Assembly (NCBI GenBank): GCA_902580135.1
Contig: CACHJL010000002.1
Coordinates: 6,872 to 70,871 of the forward strand
Reading direction: 5' to 3'
Length of the DNA: 64,000 nucleotides
Source of the DNA: an uncultured Pelagibacteraceae bacterium
Lineage (GTDB): Bacteria; Pseudomonadota; Alphaproteobacteria; Pelagibacterales; Pelagibacteraceae
Positions 48,692-60,599 of this stretch are shown one piece after another. Both the position numbers and the translations under genes were made by a program. Under the pieces are notes generated by a model, which saw only the letters and a list, made by a program, of their open reading frames with translations, ran no database searches and was not told the DNA's origin. Position 1 is the first letter of the stretch. Each line of letters starts with the position of its first letter.

Positions 48692-51684
48692 GATCTAACC
48701 CTTTCTCCTTTGGGATCAACATAATGTGAAGATACTATTTCAACTGGTATTGTTTTGTTTTTTAATGGAGACATTGCAAAAAGTTTTTGGCCTATCATAT
48801 TTTTTCCATCTTTAATTATTGCAAGTGAAAATGGATTATCATATTCAACACTCCAACAAGATGCGGACACATGTCCTAGCTTAGGATTAGGAAGTTTTGC
48901 TTTTGCATCTTTAACAATATATGACCCTTCTGGAATGCTTGTTTTTTTATCTAATGGAACAACACCAACTATTTTTTGTCTGTCTATTTCTACATAAGCT
49001 GACTTGCTTAAAGATCTCTTTCCAATAAAATCTTTTTTCTTGCTAACCAATCCTTCTAGTGAGTTATCATAAGGGATTGTACGTCCGTCTAATTCAGATC
49101 CTGCAACATGACCCATTTCTATTCTTAATGTGGATAATGCTTCTGTTCCATATGGTTGAATATTAAACTCTTTTCCTATCTCCAGTATTTTTTCCCACAT
49201 ATAGTTACCATTATCAGACTCAACATTTACCTCGTATGCAAGTTCACCAGAAAATGAAATTCTAAAAATTTTTGCATTTACACCAAATAAATTTCCTTCC
49301 ATATATCCCATGAAAGGCAGGCCTTCATTTGAAACATCTAAATCTGGAAATAATTTTTGTAATACTTCTCTAGATTTTGGTCCTGCTATTGCTGCGCCTG
49401 CCCACTGTTCAGTACTTGAAACTACGTTTACATTTAATTCTGGCCATACTAATTGCAAATAATATTCTAAATGAGATAAAACATTTGCAGCTTGAGCAGT
49501 GGTAGTTGTCATATGATAATGGTTTTCTGATATTCTTGTTGTTGTTCCATCATCCATTACAATCCCATCTTCTCTTAACATTACACCGTATCTAGCTTTT
49601 CCAACTGGTAACTTAAGCCAAGCATTTGTATAAACTCTATTTAAAAATTCAGCTGCATCAGGTCCTTTAATGTCAATTTTACCTAAAGTTGTTACATCAC
49701 AAACTCCAACATTTTGCCTAACATTTTTAGCTTCTCTTTTTGAAGCTTCAAATAAGTTTTCATTTCCTTGTTTATAATATCTTGGACGTAACCAAACACC
49801 TGCATCAACGAATACTGCATTGTTTTTCTCATGCCAATAATGCATTGGTGATTTTCTTGTAGGTTTAGAATGTTTACCAACTTCTCTTCCAACAATAGCT
49901 CCAATTGAAACTGGCGTATAGGGTGGTCTAAAAGTTGTATGACCAACTTGAGGAACTACTTTATTTTCAACATCTGAAACTAATTGCAGTCCATTAAGAT
50001 TACTTGTCTTACCTTGGTCTGTAGCCATTCCCAATGTAGTGTATCTTTTAACATGCTCGATTGATCTATAACCCTCTCTTAAAGCCAACTGTATGTCAGA
50101 TACCGCAACATCATTTTGAAAATCTAAGAATCTTTTATAATTTTTACCTTCTGGTAACGGTACACACCAAAACTTATCATGACTAGAGGGTTTTTTTTCT
50201 ACAACAGTAGGAACTGAAACTTTATTTTCTTTATTGGTTATTTGCTTAGATAATTCACTTCCTTTTTCAAAAGATGTTTTTAGTGTTTCCTCTAATGTGA
50301 AAACTCCGTTGGCTGCTCCTAGAGTTGTTTCTTTTTGTTTAGATTGGCTTGGAATAAAAGCATCTATTTCTTCATTAAATTTAGTTTTATTACCTGATTG
50401 TGAAGCTAAATGAATTGATGGCGTCCAAAATCCTGAAACACAAATACAATCACATTTTATATTTTCAATGTTGCTTAAATTTTTTTTATCATCTGATATT
50501 CTGGCAATGTCTGCAGAATTAACTTTTTTATAGCCTTTAGCCGCAACTACAACATATGAAAATTTTATATTTATATTTAATTCTTTAGCCTCTTTTATAA
50601 TTTCTGAGCTTGCATCTTTTCTTGTATCTAAAATTATTGGATCGATCCCATTTTTTTTAAATTCTATTCCAGTTTCGTATCCACTATCATTATTAGTAAA
50701 TATAATTGGTTTTTTCCCAACTAAAACTCCATAAATTTTTAAATATTCTTTAGCAGCTGAAGAAAGCATAACTCCTGGAGCATCGTTATTTCCAAAAACT
50801 AAAGGTCTCTCAATTGATCCAGATGAAATAACAACTTCTTTTGCACGTATATACCAAAGTCTTTGTTTAGGAATATATTTATCTGTTTTAGGTAAATGAT
50901 CACTTACTCTTTCAGACATGACAAGCATATTGTGATCATAATAACCAAACACTTGAGATCTATTTTTTACAACTACATTTGGCATTGATTTAAGTTCAGA
51001 GATGATTTTCTCTGCCCATTCTTGTCCACTTTGATTGCCAATAGTTACTTCGCTGGTTAAAAGGCTTCCACCAAATCTTGATTTGTCTTCAGCTAAAATT
51101 ACTCTTGCTCCATTTTGTGCTGCAGCATAAGCACTTGCTAAGCCTGAAGGACCTGATCCTGCTATTAAAAGATCGCAATATTCGTATTTATGTTCATATC
51201 TTTCTTTATCATGTTTAATGGATGCTGCCCCAAAACCTGCTGCTTTTCTAATGATTGGCTCATAAATTTTATACCAAAAGCTTTTTGGCCACATAAAAGT
51301 TTTGTAGTAAAAACCTGCTGGAAAAAATTTGTTTAGAAAATTGTTTATTGCACCAATATCAAAATCTACATTTGGCCAGCAATTAACACTTTTTGCTTCC
51401 AAACCTTCAAATAACTCTTGTTCTGTCGCTCTTACATTAGGATCAATTTCATTATTTCTATTCATTTGAACTATCGCATAAGGTTCGTCAACTCCTGCTC
51501 CAAAAAAACCTCTTGGTCTATGATATTTAAAACTTCTACCAACTAAATGAACTCCATTAGCAAGTAGAGCAGAAGCTAAAGTATCTCCTTCGTAACCAAA
51601 ATATTTTTTTCCATTAAATGTAAATGAAATTTTTTTATTTCTATTTACTAATCCACCTTTATCTAATCTAAAATTCTCTGGCAT
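48688..51684 (-). CDS. soxA: heterotetrameric sarcosine oxidase alpha subunit
   Basis: GDTLASALLANG, RSFKYHRPRG, KRYTTLGMATDQGK. Confidence 0.93.
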   Translation of the reverse strand: MPENFRLDKGGLVNRNKKISFTFNGKKYFGYEGDTLASALLANGVHLVGRSFKYHRPRGFFGAGVDEPYAIVQMNRNNEIDPNVRATEQELFEGLEAKSVNCWPNVDFDIGAINNFLNKFFPAGFYYKTFMWPKSFWYKIYEPIIRKAAGFGAASIKHDKERYEHKYEYCDLLIAGSGPSGLASAYAAAQNGARVILAEDKSRFGGSLLTSEVTIGNQSGQEWAEKIISELKSMPNVVVKNRSQVFGYYDHNMLVMSERVSDHLPKTDKYIPKQRLWYIRAKEVVISSGSIERPLVFGNNDAPGVMLSSAAKEYLKIYGVLVGKKPIIFTNNDSGYETGIEFKKNGIDPIILDTRKDASSEIIKEAKELNINIKFSYVVVAAKGYKKVNSADIARISDDKKNLSNIENIKCDCICVSGFWTPSIHLASQSGNKTKFNEEIDAFIPSQSKQKETTLGAANGVFTLEETLKTSFEKGSELSKQITNKENKVSVPTVVEKKPSSHDKFWCVPLPEGKNYKRFLDFQNDVAVSDIQLALREGYRSIEHVKRYTTLGMATDQGKTSNLNGLQLVSDVENKVVPQVGHTTFRPPYTPVSIGAIVGREVGKHSKPTRKSPMHYWHEKNNAVFVDAGVWLRPRYYKQGNENLFEASKREAKNVRQNVGVCDVTTLGKIDIKGPDAAEFLNRVYTNAWLKLPVGKARYGVMLREDGIVMDDGTTTRISENHYHMTTTTAQAANVLSHLEYYLQLVWPELNVNVVSSTEQWAGAAIAGPKSREVLQKLFPDLDVSNEGLPFMGYMEGNLFGVNAKIFRISFSGELAYEVNVESDNGNYMWEKILEIGKEFNIQPYGTEALSTLRIEMGHVAGSELDGRTIPYDNSLEGLVSKKKDFIGKRSLSKSAYVEIDRQKIVGVVPLDKKTSIPEGSYIVKDAKAKLPNPKLGHVSASCWSVEYDNPFSLAIIKDGKNMIGQKLFAMSPLKNKTIPVEIVSSHYVDPKGERVRS

Positions 51685-51686
51685 TT

Positions 51687-51953
51687 TTATATATTTTCGC
51701 TAGCTTTATATGTTGTAAATATTTCATGAGTTAAAGTATCTCTTTCAACTTTAATCCATTGTCTACATCCAGATATATGTTGCCATAATTCTAAATGTTT
51801 TCCTCTTGGGCTTTTTCTCAAATAAACAAAGTTATCCCAATCTTGATCTGAAATTTCCTTATTTAACTCAGGTCTTTTAACTGTTGCGTCTCCGCCATAT
51901 GAAAACTCGGTTTGCGGTCTTAATCCACAATGAGGGCATTTTATATATAACAT
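51687..51953 (-). CDS. soxD: sarcosine oxidase delta subunit
   Basis: CPHCG…EFSYGG…WQHISGC. Confidence 0.92.
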   Translation of the reverse strand: MLYIKCPHCGLRPQTEFSYGGDATVKRPELNKEISDQDWDNFVYLRKSPRGKHLELWQHISGCRQWIKVERDTLTHEIFTTYKASENI

Positions 51954-53210
51954 TTAAGAAATCCAAGTTTTTGTTCCAAGACCTTTTTCGTCAATTAAAT
52001 GTCCGGTACTAAATCTATTTAAACTATAACCTTCGTTTAATTTGTGAGGCTTATCTTGAGCTATAGTGTGAGCAAAAGTCCATCCGGATGCAGGAGTTGC
52101 TTTAAATCCTCCATAACACCATCCACAATTTAAATACAAACCTTCAATATGAGTTTTATCTATGATAGGCGATCCATCCATAGACATATCCATAATTCCT
52201 CCCCATGTTCTAAGCATTTTTAATTTACTTAGAAATGGAAACATTGCGATACCTTCAGTTAAAACATGTTGCAGCGTTGGTAAATTTCCTCTTTGAGCGT
52301 AGCTGTTATATCCATCAAGATCTCCACCCATAACCATTTCTCCTTTATCAGACTGGCTACAATAAAAATGTCCCGCACCAAATGTAACTACATGATCTAA
52401 TATTGGTTTAATTGGTTCTGATACACATGCCTGCAAAAGATGTGTTTCTATTGGTAGTGTCATATTTAATTTTTCAGCTAAAACATTTGTACTTCCAGCA
52501 ACACATAAACCAATTTTTTTTGCTTTAATTTCTCCCTTGGAAGTTCTTATTCCTAAAATTTTTCCGTTAACAACATCAAAACCTGTAACTTCACAATTTT
52601 GTATAATATCTACTCCCATCGAGTCTGCTTGACGCGCATAACCCCAAGCGACGGCATCGTGTCTAGCCGTACCTGCGCTTGGTTGCATCAATCCACCAAA
52701 TATTGGAAATCTCACATTCTCAGAAAAATCTGCCATAGGAATAATTTTTTTAACTTCTTCTCTGTTTAATAGCACTGCATCTATTCCATTTAAACGCATA
52801 GAGTTTCCTCTTCTTGAATATGCATTCATTTGTGCATCAGAATGTGCAAGATTAATAATTCCTCTTGGAGAAAACATTACATTGAAGTTTAAATCTAAAC
52901 TCATATTTCTCCATAAATCCATTCCAAACTCACTAAATAGACCATTTTCATCATGCATATAATTTGATCTAATAATTGTAGTATTTCTTCCCACATTACC
53001 TCCGCCTATCCATCCTTTTTCTATGATAGCAACTTTTGTAATGTTGTGTTCTTTTGCTAAATAATATGCGGTGGCTAAACCATGGCCTCCGCCACCGATT
53101 ATTATAACATCATACTCCGCTTTGGGAGCTGGATCTTTCCATGCAACTTCCCAATCTTTATGACCTGTGAAGGCATTTTTTATTAGACTAAATACTGAAT
53201 ATTTTTGCAT
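51954..53210 (-). CDS. soxB: sarcosine oxidase beta subunit
   Basis: [34 protein letters not shown]. Confidence 0.93.
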   Translation of the reverse strand: MQKYSVFSLIKNAFTGHKDWEVAWKDPAPKAEYDVIIIGGGGHGLATAYYLAKEHNITKVAIIEKGWIGGGNVGRNTTIIRSNYMHDENGLFSEFGMDLWRNMSLDLNFNVMFSPRGIINLAHSDAQMNAYSRRGNSMRLNGIDAVLLNREEVKKIIPMADFSENVRFPIFGGLMQPSAGTARHDAVAWGYARQADSMGVDIIQNCEVTGFDVVNGKILGIRTSKGEIKAKKIGLCVAGSTNVLAEKLNMTLPIETHLLQACVSEPIKPILDHVVTFGAGHFYCSQSDKGEMVMGGDLDGYNSYAQRGNLPTLQHVLTEGIAMFPFLSKLKMLRTWGGIMDMSMDGSPIIDKTHIEGLYLNCGWCYGGFKATPASGWTFAHTIAQDKPHKLNEGYSLNRFSTGHLIDEKGLGTKTWIS

Positions 53211-53340
53211 AGCTATTATTTTTTACAGCATTAAAGATTATTTTTTATTGTTTTTTTTATATATATTTTTTAGATGTTTAAAAACTAAGCAAAAAAGTAT
53301 AGATATTTCCCTCAATAACCAAACTTATTTAAAAAAATTT

Positions 53341-55020
53341 ATGGCTAAAACAGATATTGAAATAGCAAGAGAAGCAAAAATGAAATCTATCCAAGAAATA
53401 TTGGATAGCATAAATGTTCCAGACAAAGCTGAAGTTTACAGTCCAATGGGAAGACATATAGCAAAAATTAAAACTGAGTATTTAGAAACTTTAAAAGATA
53501 AAAAAGATGGAAAATTAATTTTGGTTACTGCTATAACGCCAACTCCAGCTGGAGAAGGAAAAACAACAACATCCGTTGGTCTTTCTGATGGTTTGAATAA
53601 AATTGGAAAAAAATCAATTGTCTGTTTAAGAGAACCAAGTTTAGGACCATCATTTGGAATGAAAGGTGGTGCTGCTGGCGGTGGGTATGCACAAGTAGTT
53701 CCAATGGAACAAATAAATTTACATTTTACTGGAGACTTCCACGCAATAACTTCTGCTCACAATTTACTTTCTGCATTAATTGATAATCATATTTATTGGG
53801 GTAATAAATTAAATATAGATATTAGAAGAATTGTTTGGAAGAGAGTCATGGATATGAACGATAGATCTTTGAGATCTATCGTAGTTGATTTAGGTGGAAT
53901 TGCAAATGGATATCCTAGACAAGATGGGTTTGACATTACAGTAGCTTCAGAAATAATGGCTATCTTTTGCTTAGCAAAAGATTTGAAAGATTTAGAAAAT
54001 AGAATTGGAAATATCACAATTGGTTATACAAGAGATAAAAATCCAATTTATGCAAAAGATCTAAATGCTCAAGGTCCAATGACAGTTCTTTTAAAAGATG
54101 CAATCAGACCGAATGTAACTCAAACTTTAGAAAATAATCCAGCGATAATACATGGTGGTCCTTTTGCAAATATTGCTCATGGATGCAATTCTGTAATTGC
54201 AACTAAAACAGCTTTGAAACTTTCTGATTATGTTATAACAGAGGCTGGTTTTGGAGCAGACCTTGGAGCTGAAAAATTCATAAATATTAAATGTAGAAAG
54301 TCAAATTTAAAACCTGATTGTGTAGTAATTGTTTCAACTATAAGAGCTTTAAAAATGCACGGAGGTGTGAATAAAGATGAACTTACAAATGAAAATTTAG
54401 AAGCTTTGAAAAAAGGTATTGTAAATTTAGAAAGACATATAAATAACGTTAGAAAATTTGGCTTACCTGTTGCTGTTGCAGTTAATCATTTTGTAACTGA
54501 TACAGAAAAAGAAATTAATTTTCTAATGGATTTCTGCAAAAATCTGGGCGTAGATATATCATTATGTACACATTGGTCTAATGGTGGAGAAGGAACAAAA
54601 GATTTAGCAAATACTGTTGTTAATATATGTGAAAAAAGCAAGAGTACTTTTAAATTCTTGTATGAAGATAAAATTCCATTATTTAAGAAAATTCAAACAA
54701 TTGCTCAAGAAATATATCATGCAAGCGAAGTTGTTGCTGACACAAAAATAAGAAGTCAGTTAAAAGATTTTGAAAGCAAAGGATATGGCGAACTTCCTAT
54801 TTGTGTTGCAAAAACACAGTACAGTTTTTCTACAGATCCTAGTTTAAAAGGAGCACCAACTGGACATGTCTTACCAGTAAGAGAAGTAAAACTTTCATCT
54901 GGAGCTGAGTTCATTGTAGTTATTTGTGGAGAAATAATGACTATGCCTGGCTTACCTAGAGTACCAGCAGCAGACTCAATAAAAATAAATAAAAAAGGTG
55001 AGACAGAAGGTTTATTTTAA
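53341..55020 (+). CDS. fhs: formate-tetrahydrofolate ligase
   Basis: [28 protein letters not shown]; start moved to ATG 53341. Confidence 0.96.
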   Translation: MAKTDIEIAREAKMKSIQEILDSINVPDKAEVYSPMGRHIAKIKTEYLETLKDKKDGKLILVTAITPTPAGEGKTTTSVGLSDGLNKIGKKSIVCLREPSLGPSFGMKGGAAGGGYAQVVPMEQINLHFTGDFHAITSAHNLLSALIDNHIYWGNKLNIDIRRIVWKRVMDMNDRSLRSIVVDLGGIANGYPRQDGFDITVASEIMAIFCLAKDLKDLENRIGNITIGYTRDKNPIYAKDLNAQGPMTVLLKDAIRPNVTQTLENNPAIIHGGPFANIAHGCNSVIATKTALKLSDYVITEAGFGADLGAEKFINIKCRKSNLKPDCVVIVSTIRALKMHGGVNKDELTNENLEALKKGIVNLERHINNVRKFGLPVAVAVNHFVTDTEKEINFLMDFCKNLGVDISLCTHWSNGGEGTKDLANTVVNICEKSKSTFKFLYEDKIPLFKKIQTIAQEIYHASEVVADTKIRSQLKDFESKGYGELPICVAKTQYSFSTDPSLKGAPTGHVLPVREVKLSSGAEFIVVICGEIMTMPGLPRVPAADSIKINKKGETEGLF

Positions 55021-55944
55021 TTTTTTAGCCTCATCCCAAAAATTTTTCGCTAAGTTAATCCCTGTCAAATTTTTGTATTGAGGTAATCCAGTTGGAGATG
55101 TTACGTTTATATCCCCAATTAAATAATTTGAAATTAGATCTATACCAGCAAAAAAAATATTATTTCTTTTCAAATTTTTAGCAATAACATTGGATATATG
55201 TAATTCTTTTTTGTTTAATTTTGTTTTTAATGCAGATCCTCCTTGAGAAATATTAGACAAAATAGAACCTTTAGATGGAACTCTTCTAATGGCTCCTTTA
55301 ACTTTACCATTTAAAATAAAAACTCTCTTATCTCCATACTTAACTAGAGGAAGAAATTTTTGAACCATAACATGGCCTATTTTTTTGATGTATTTTTTAA
55401 TAGATTTTTCGTTAAAGTTCCTATCTATAAATAATATATCTTTGCCAGCATAACCATGAATAGGTTTGATAACTATTTTATTATTTTGTTTGTAAAATTT
55501 TTTGATTAACTTTAAGTCTTCAGTAAATATTGTTGGAGGCATAAATTTTAAAAAATTGATTGAATAAAATTTTTCTGAAATATTTCTTACTGAAATTGGA
55601 TTATTTAATATTTTAACTTTTTTAGGTATATTTTCTAAATATAATGTAGAGGTGATATAATCCATATTAAATGGTGGATTTTGTCTTACCAAAATATAAT
55701 TTGCCTTAGTAAGATCCAAATTTGCATACTTTAAAATTTTACAATATCTTTTTCTGTTCTCAAAAAAAACTACTTTTTTTGCTTTCGCATATACCTTTCC
55801 TTTTATTAAGCTTAAATCTTTTGTTTCATACCAATAAATTTGGTAAGATCTTTTTTGCGCTTCAAGAGCGAGCTGCAAAGTTGTGTCAGTTTCAAAATTT
55901 ATTGAGTCTACAGAATTTGCTTGTATAGCAATAATCTTTTGCAT
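55012..55944 (-). CDS. gshB: glutathione synthetase
   Basis: [25 protein letters not shown]. Confidence 0.92.
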   Translation of the reverse strand: MQKIIAIQANSVDSINFETDTTLQLALEAQKRSYQIYWYETKDLSLIKGKVYAKAKKVVFFENRKRYCKILKYANLDLTKANYILVRQNPPFNMDYITSTLYLENIPKKVKILNNPISVRNISEKFYSINFLKFMPPTIFTEDLKLIKKFYKQNNKIVIKPIHGYAGKDILFIDRNFNEKSIKKYIKKIGHVMVQKFLPLVKYGDKRVFILNGKVKGAIRRVPSKGSILSNISQGGSALKTKLNKKELHISNVIAKNLKRNNIFFAGIDLISNYLIGDINVTSPTGLPQYKNLTGINLAKNFWDEAKKLK

Positions 55945-57210
55945 TTAATTTTTCATTCTTTCTATCGTTAATTCTGCCTTGGTTTTATTTTCTTTTAAAA
56001 TATTTTCTACACTGCTTAAAAATATAATTTCATTCATTTTTTTTTTATTTATTTTATTTCTCTTGACTAAGCCTTTTTTAGATAATTTTAAGAAAACTTT
56101 TCCCCAGTATCTTATTGATTTTTTGTTTATTTCTGTTTTTAAACCTTTTTTAGGTGCTTCTCTATAAGCGTTTAAAATATCATTAGTTTTCCAATTTTTA
56201 ATTATATCAAGGGACTCATCTAAATTCGAATAAACTAGACCAGTGTAAAATGCAGGCCCCGCACAATGACAATCCCATTCGCAAGCATCTAATGATCTAA
56301 TTTCTATATATTTTTTTAATCTTAATTCTGTAAATATTGTACTTAAATGAACTTCTAGATCTTTTTTTTTTGGTTTTTGGTTTTTAATATCTCTAATGTT
56401 TCCCATCATATAATCTTGAAATGTTTTTCCTTTACCAGCTATTACTTTTTTTCCTTTGTTAATAAAAAGAAGAGGTTTCTTTAGTATAAAGTCCGCATAT
56501 TTTTCAAAATCTAAATTTTCTAAAAAAATTTTAGGCAACCCTCCTCTAGATGTACTTTGCCAAACTTTTGATCTATATGATAAATATCTTGTTAATTTTT
56601 TTTCTTTGACAGGAGAATTGGCAAAAATTCCTATTGAAAGAGGAGTCAAACTGGCAGCTAACTTAAATTTTTTTATAAAGTCATTTTCTGATAAGTAATC
56701 TAAGTTTATTTGTGTGCCTGCTGTTTGGTACATCATATTTAAACTTAACTTACCCTCTTTTGGCATTTCTTTGGTCATAACTTTATATCTTGCTTTTGGA
56801 TTATTTGGTACCTTGTTTAGTTTTGTGTATGGATCGTAACCAATAGCAACTGACTCAAGTCCAACCTTTTCACATACATCATTAAGCTGATTTTGAAACA
56901 GATTTCCTTCAAAGCATACTTCATGTATGCTTTTTAACTTATCTCCAGCTAATTCAATTTGATTTCCAGGTTCTAAACTTATCGATTTTCCTCTGTGGCT
57001 AAGTCCAATTAAATTATTTTTTTCTTTTATAGGTTTCCAATTAAACTTTGATTTTAATAAACTTAATACTTTTTTAACTTCAGTGTAACTAGCTCTTTTA
57101 TTAGATTTCTTTGAAAATAAAAATTTTTCATTTTCAACGCCTATGAGTAATTTTTTTTTTATACCTGAATTGAAATAGTTTATAATTTTTTCTTTGGTGT
57201 TAATGAACAT
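55945..57210 (-). CDS. gshA: glutamate-cysteine ligase (GCS2 type)
   Basis: IGVENE, ISLEPG, MMYQTAGTQINLD, FANSP, HLSTIFTELRLK. Confidence 0.88.
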   Translation of the reverse strand: MFINTKEKIINYFNSGIKKKLLIGVENEKFLFSKKSNKRASYTEVKKVLSLLKSKFNWKPIKEKNNLIGLSHRGKSISLEPGNQIELAGDKLKSIHEVCFEGNLFQNQLNDVCEKVGLESVAIGYDPYTKLNKVPNNPKARYKVMTKEMPKEGKLSLNMMYQTAGTQINLDYLSENDFIKKFKLAASLTPLSIGIFANSPVKEKKLTRYLSYRSKVWQSTSRGGLPKIFLENLDFEKYADFILKKPLLFINKGKKVIAGKGKTFQDYMMGNIRDIKNQKPKKKDLEVHLSTIFTELRLKKYIEIRSLDACEWDCHCAGPAFYTGLVYSNLDESLDIIKNWKTNDILNAYREAPKKGLKTEINKKSIRYWGKVFLKLSKKGLVKRNKINKKKMNEIIFLSSVENILKENKTKAELTIERMKN

Positions 57211-57988
57211 CTATATAATTTAGCCAGTTCTCTAGTTCTCTCATTCTTGCATCTTTTTTTGTTATTTTGTCTTCATTTTCAATAATTTTTACGTGCTCAT
57301 TTATATCTATCTCGTCCTTAAAAGCCTTATTATTTAAAAGTCGATCTTTCCTAAAATGAATCAAGCTGACCATTTTTTTGTAAGTAATTTCAGGATGATA
57401 TTGAATACCCCAAATTTCACAATCTCCTACTTTAAAATTTGTAGCCATAACTTTATTAATTGAATTTGAAGACAGTAAAATTGAGTTTTGTGGCAAAGTT
57501 ACAACTTCATCAAAATTAAATGCTGGAGTATTAAATATTTTGTCTTTATTTTTATATAAAGGATGTTTGAGACCTTCGTTATTTATTTTTATATTATGTG
57601 CAATGCCTCTGTGAGATCCTGTTTTACATTTTTTTACCTCTCCACCTGCAACTGTTACAGCTACCTGCATTCCCCAACAAATTGCTAACATTTTTTTAAT
57701 TTTCTTTTGACATTCTCTCATAAATTCAAGCTGTCTTCTAATTTCAATAGTATCGTTATAAATATTAAGACTGCTACCACCCCAAATAAGAGCATCATAT
57801 TTGTTTAAATCTTTAACTGTTTCAAAAATATTTTCATCTGATGATGGATTGGCTACATCTATATCTAAACTTTCTGTAAAGTGGCTTATGCTATCCTTTA
57901 GACTCTCCGTATGAGTTTTAATTCCTCCATCAATAAAACCTTGATTTTCTTCCCTTAAATTTCCTTCAACAACTAATATTCTTTTCAT
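57200..57988 (-). CDS. type 1 glutamine amidotransferase-like hydrolase
   Basis: AICWGMQ nucleophile and QYHPE. Confidence 0.85.
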   Translation of the reverse strand: MKRILVVEGNLREENQGFIDGGIKTHTESLKDSISHFTESLDIDVANPSSDENIFETVKDLNKYDALIWGGSSLNIYNDTIEIRRQLEFMRECQKKIKKMLAICWGMQVAVTVAGGEVKKCKTGSHRGIAHNIKINNEGLKHPLYKNKDKIFNTPAFNFDEVVTLPQNSILLSSNSINKVMATNFKVGDCEIWGIQYHPEITYKKMVSLIHFRKDRLLNNKAFKDEIDINEHVKIIENEDKITKKDARMRELENWLNYIDVH

Positions 57989-59148
57989 TAAAATAATTTC
58001 CCTGAAATACTATGTTCATATAACGATTTCATATCTTTCAGAGATAGTTTTTTTGGGTTGGTTCCTGTTGATGGATCATCTAAAGCCATTTGAGATAATT
58101 TATTTAAATCAATTTTACTTTTTTCTACAACATCTGAAAGCTTATGAGGTATTTTTAAATCTTTTCTTAAATCTAAAATCCAATCTAAAAAACTCTTAAA
58201 GTTTTTATCGATATTAAGATAGTCACATATAGAAACAATTCTATCTTCAATCAAATCTTTATTAAATGTTAAAACATATGGCATGAAAATTGCATTAGAT
58301 AATCCATGGTGGATATCATATTGCGCGTTAACTGGATGACTTAATGAATGAATTGCACCCAATCCTTTTTGAAAAGCAGTTGAGCCCATACTTGCTGCAG
58401 CTAACAAATCTGCTCTAGCACTCAAATCATTTCCATTGCTAACAGCTTTTAAAAGTGATTTTCTGATTAACTTCATTCCTTCAATAGCAATACCGTCAGC
58501 CATTGGATGAAAACCAGGAGCACAGAAGGCTTCTAAGTTATGCGCGAGAGCATCCATCCCTGTTGCAGCAGTTAGTCTTGGTGATAAATCAATTGTTAAA
58601 CATGGATCTAAAATAACTATAGATGGTAAAAATTTTGGATGAAATATAATTTTCTTTACTCCTGTTTGATTGTTAATTATTGCCGAAGCTCTTCCTGTCT
58701 CTGAACCCGTTCCAGCAGTAGTTGGTACAGCTATTATTGGAGCAATATTTTTTTCATCAGCTCTTTTCCAATAATCACCTATATCCTCAAAATCCCAGAT
58801 AGGTCTTGTTTGACCTGCCATAAAAGCTACTGCTTTACCAACATCCAATCCACTTCCACCGCCAAATGCTATAACGCCATCACATTTATTTTTTTTATAA
58901 ATTTTTGCTCCTTCATCTACGTTTTCACCAATTGGGTTGCCTCCAAAATCAGAAAAAATTATTAATTCTTTAAAATAATTATTTAAATCTGAAATAATTT
59001 CTTTTACAAAAGGCAAACTTATAAGATCTTTATCAGTTACAAATAAAGGTTTTTTAATATTCAAATTTTTACAAGCTAAGTGTAAATCTTTTACTCTATT
59101 CTCTCCAATCCACATGGTTGTAGGATAATTCCAATTATAATTTGACAT
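57988..59148 (-). CDS. iron-containing alcohol dehydrogenase
   Basis: GGGSGLD, PTTAGTGSE, GMDALAH, HHG. Confidence 0.92.
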   Translation of the reverse strand: MSNYNWNYPTTMWIGENRVKDLHLACKNLNIKKPLFVTDKDLISLPFVKEIISDLNNYFKELIIFSDFGGNPIGENVDEGAKIYKKNKCDGVIAFGGGSGLDVGKAVAFMAGQTRPIWDFEDIGDYWKRADEKNIAPIIAVPTTAGTGSETGRASAIINNQTGVKKIIFHPKFLPSIVILDPCLTIDLSPRLTAATGMDALAHNLEAFCAPGFHPMADGIAIEGMKLIRKSLLKAVSNGNDLSARADLLAAASMGSTAFQKGLGAIHSLSHPVNAQYDIHHGLSNAIFMPYVLTFNKDLIEDRIVSICDYLNIDKNFKSFLDWILDLRKDLKIPHKLSDVVEKSKIDLNKLSQMALDDPSTGTNPKKLSLKDMKSLYEHSISGKLF

Positions 59149-59219
59149 ATTTAAATTTATTTTATTGAGAATTTTTAATATGGTAAATGAAATTAATCTA
59201 GTCTAATCTTAAGTTTTTT

Positions 59220-60599
59220 ATGATCCAAACTATCACACCAATAGATAATACAATTTATATTGAGAGAGATTATAACTCAAAACTAATTGAAGATACTTTA
59301 TCAAATTCAGTTATTGCACAAAATGAATGGGCCAAACTTCCAGTAAATGAAAGAGTCATTTTATTACAAAATTTTGTAAGTGACTTCCTGTCAAAAGAAA
59401 GTCAAATTATTGAGGAAATTACTAGACAAATGGGAAGGCCAATTTCTCAAGCAATAAGTGAACTAAAAGGTTTTAAAGAGAGGGCAGATTATATGCTTTC
59501 AATAGCAGAAGATAAATTACAAAATATTTATTTGCCAGAAAAAGAAAATTTTAAAAATTATATAAAAAGAATTCCTATGGGTGTTTCTTTTGTTATTGCT
59601 CCTTGGAATTATCCTTACTTAACATCCGTTAATTCTATTATACCTTCTCTTGCTTCTGGAAATTCAGTTATTCTAAAACATTCTGCTCAGACACCTCTTT
59701 GTGCTGAACAATTGTATGAATCTGCAAAAAAAACTCTTCCCAAAAATATATTTAATTATTTACATTTAAATCATGAAGATAGCTTAAAAATAGTATCAGA
59801 TAAAAGAACTGCATTTGTTTCTTTCACTGGTTCGGTTAAAGCTGGTTATGAAGTTCAAAAAGCTACAACTAATAAATTTATAAGTATTGCTCTAGAATTA
59901 GGTGGAAAGGATCCAGCTTATGTAAGACATGATGCTGATATAGAAAAAACTGTAGAAAATCTTGTTGACGGATCTTTTTTTAATTCAGGACAATCTTGCT
60001 GTGGAATAGAAAGAATATATGTAGATAAAAAAATATATAACAGTTTCTTAGAATTATTTATTGAAAAAACATATGAATATAAACTTGGTGATCCTTTAAA
60101 TAAGGAAACAAATCTTGGTCCCGTAGTTAAATTATCATCTGCAAATTTTATTAATGATCAAATTAATTCAGCAATTAAACAAGGTGCTAAAAAAATGATC
60201 GAAGAATCTAAATTTAATTATCCAAAAGAGCATAAAAATTATATGCCTCCACAGGTTCTAACAAATGTGAATCATGGAATGAAATTTATGATGGAAGAAA
60301 CTTTTGGACCTTGTGTAGGAATAATGCCGGTTGAAAATGATAAAGAAGGAATAAATTTAATGAATGATAGTCCTTATGGTTTAACTGCATCTATTTGGAC
60401 TAAAGACGTTGAAGCTGTACAAAAACTTGGAGATAAAGTTAATACTGGAACAGTATTCATGAATAGATGTGATTATCTTGATCCAGGTTTATCCTGGACA
60501 GGCGTAAAAGAAACTGGAAAAGGATGTTCTTTATCTGAGATTGCTTTTGAACACTTAACAAAACCTAAAAGTTTTCATTTAAGAAAAGAATTAAAATAG
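59220..60599 (+). CDS. aldehyde dehydrogenase
   Basis: PWNYP, FTGS, LELGGK, GQSCC, EETFGP. Confidence 0.93.
   Translation: MIQTITPIDNTIYIERDYNSKLIEDTLSNSVIAQNEWAKLPVNERVILLQNFVSDFLSKESQIIEEITRQMGRPISQAISELKGFKERADYMLSIAEDKLQNIYLPEKENFKNYIKRIPMGVSFVIAPWNYPYLTSVNSIIPSLASGNSVILKHSAQTPLCAEQLYESAKKTLPKNIFNYLHLNHEDSLKIVSDKRTAFVSFTGSVKAGYEVQKATTNKFISIALELGGKDPAYVRHDADIEKTVENLVDGSFFNSGQSCCGIERIYVDKKIYNSFLELFIEKTYEYKLGDPLNKETNLGPVVKLSSANFINDQINSAIKQGAKKMIEESKFNYPKEHKNYMPPQVLTNVNHGMKFMMEETFGPCVGIMPVENDKEGINLMNDSPYGLTASIWTKDVEAVQKLGDKVNTGTVFMNRCDYLDPGLSWTGVKETGKGCSLSEIAFEHLTKPKSFHLRKELK

Noticed and set aside
53167-53340. N-terminal extension of fhs overlapping soxB
   Set aside because: Fhs-like sequence starts at MAKTDIEIA (53341); the extension is the divergent promoter region
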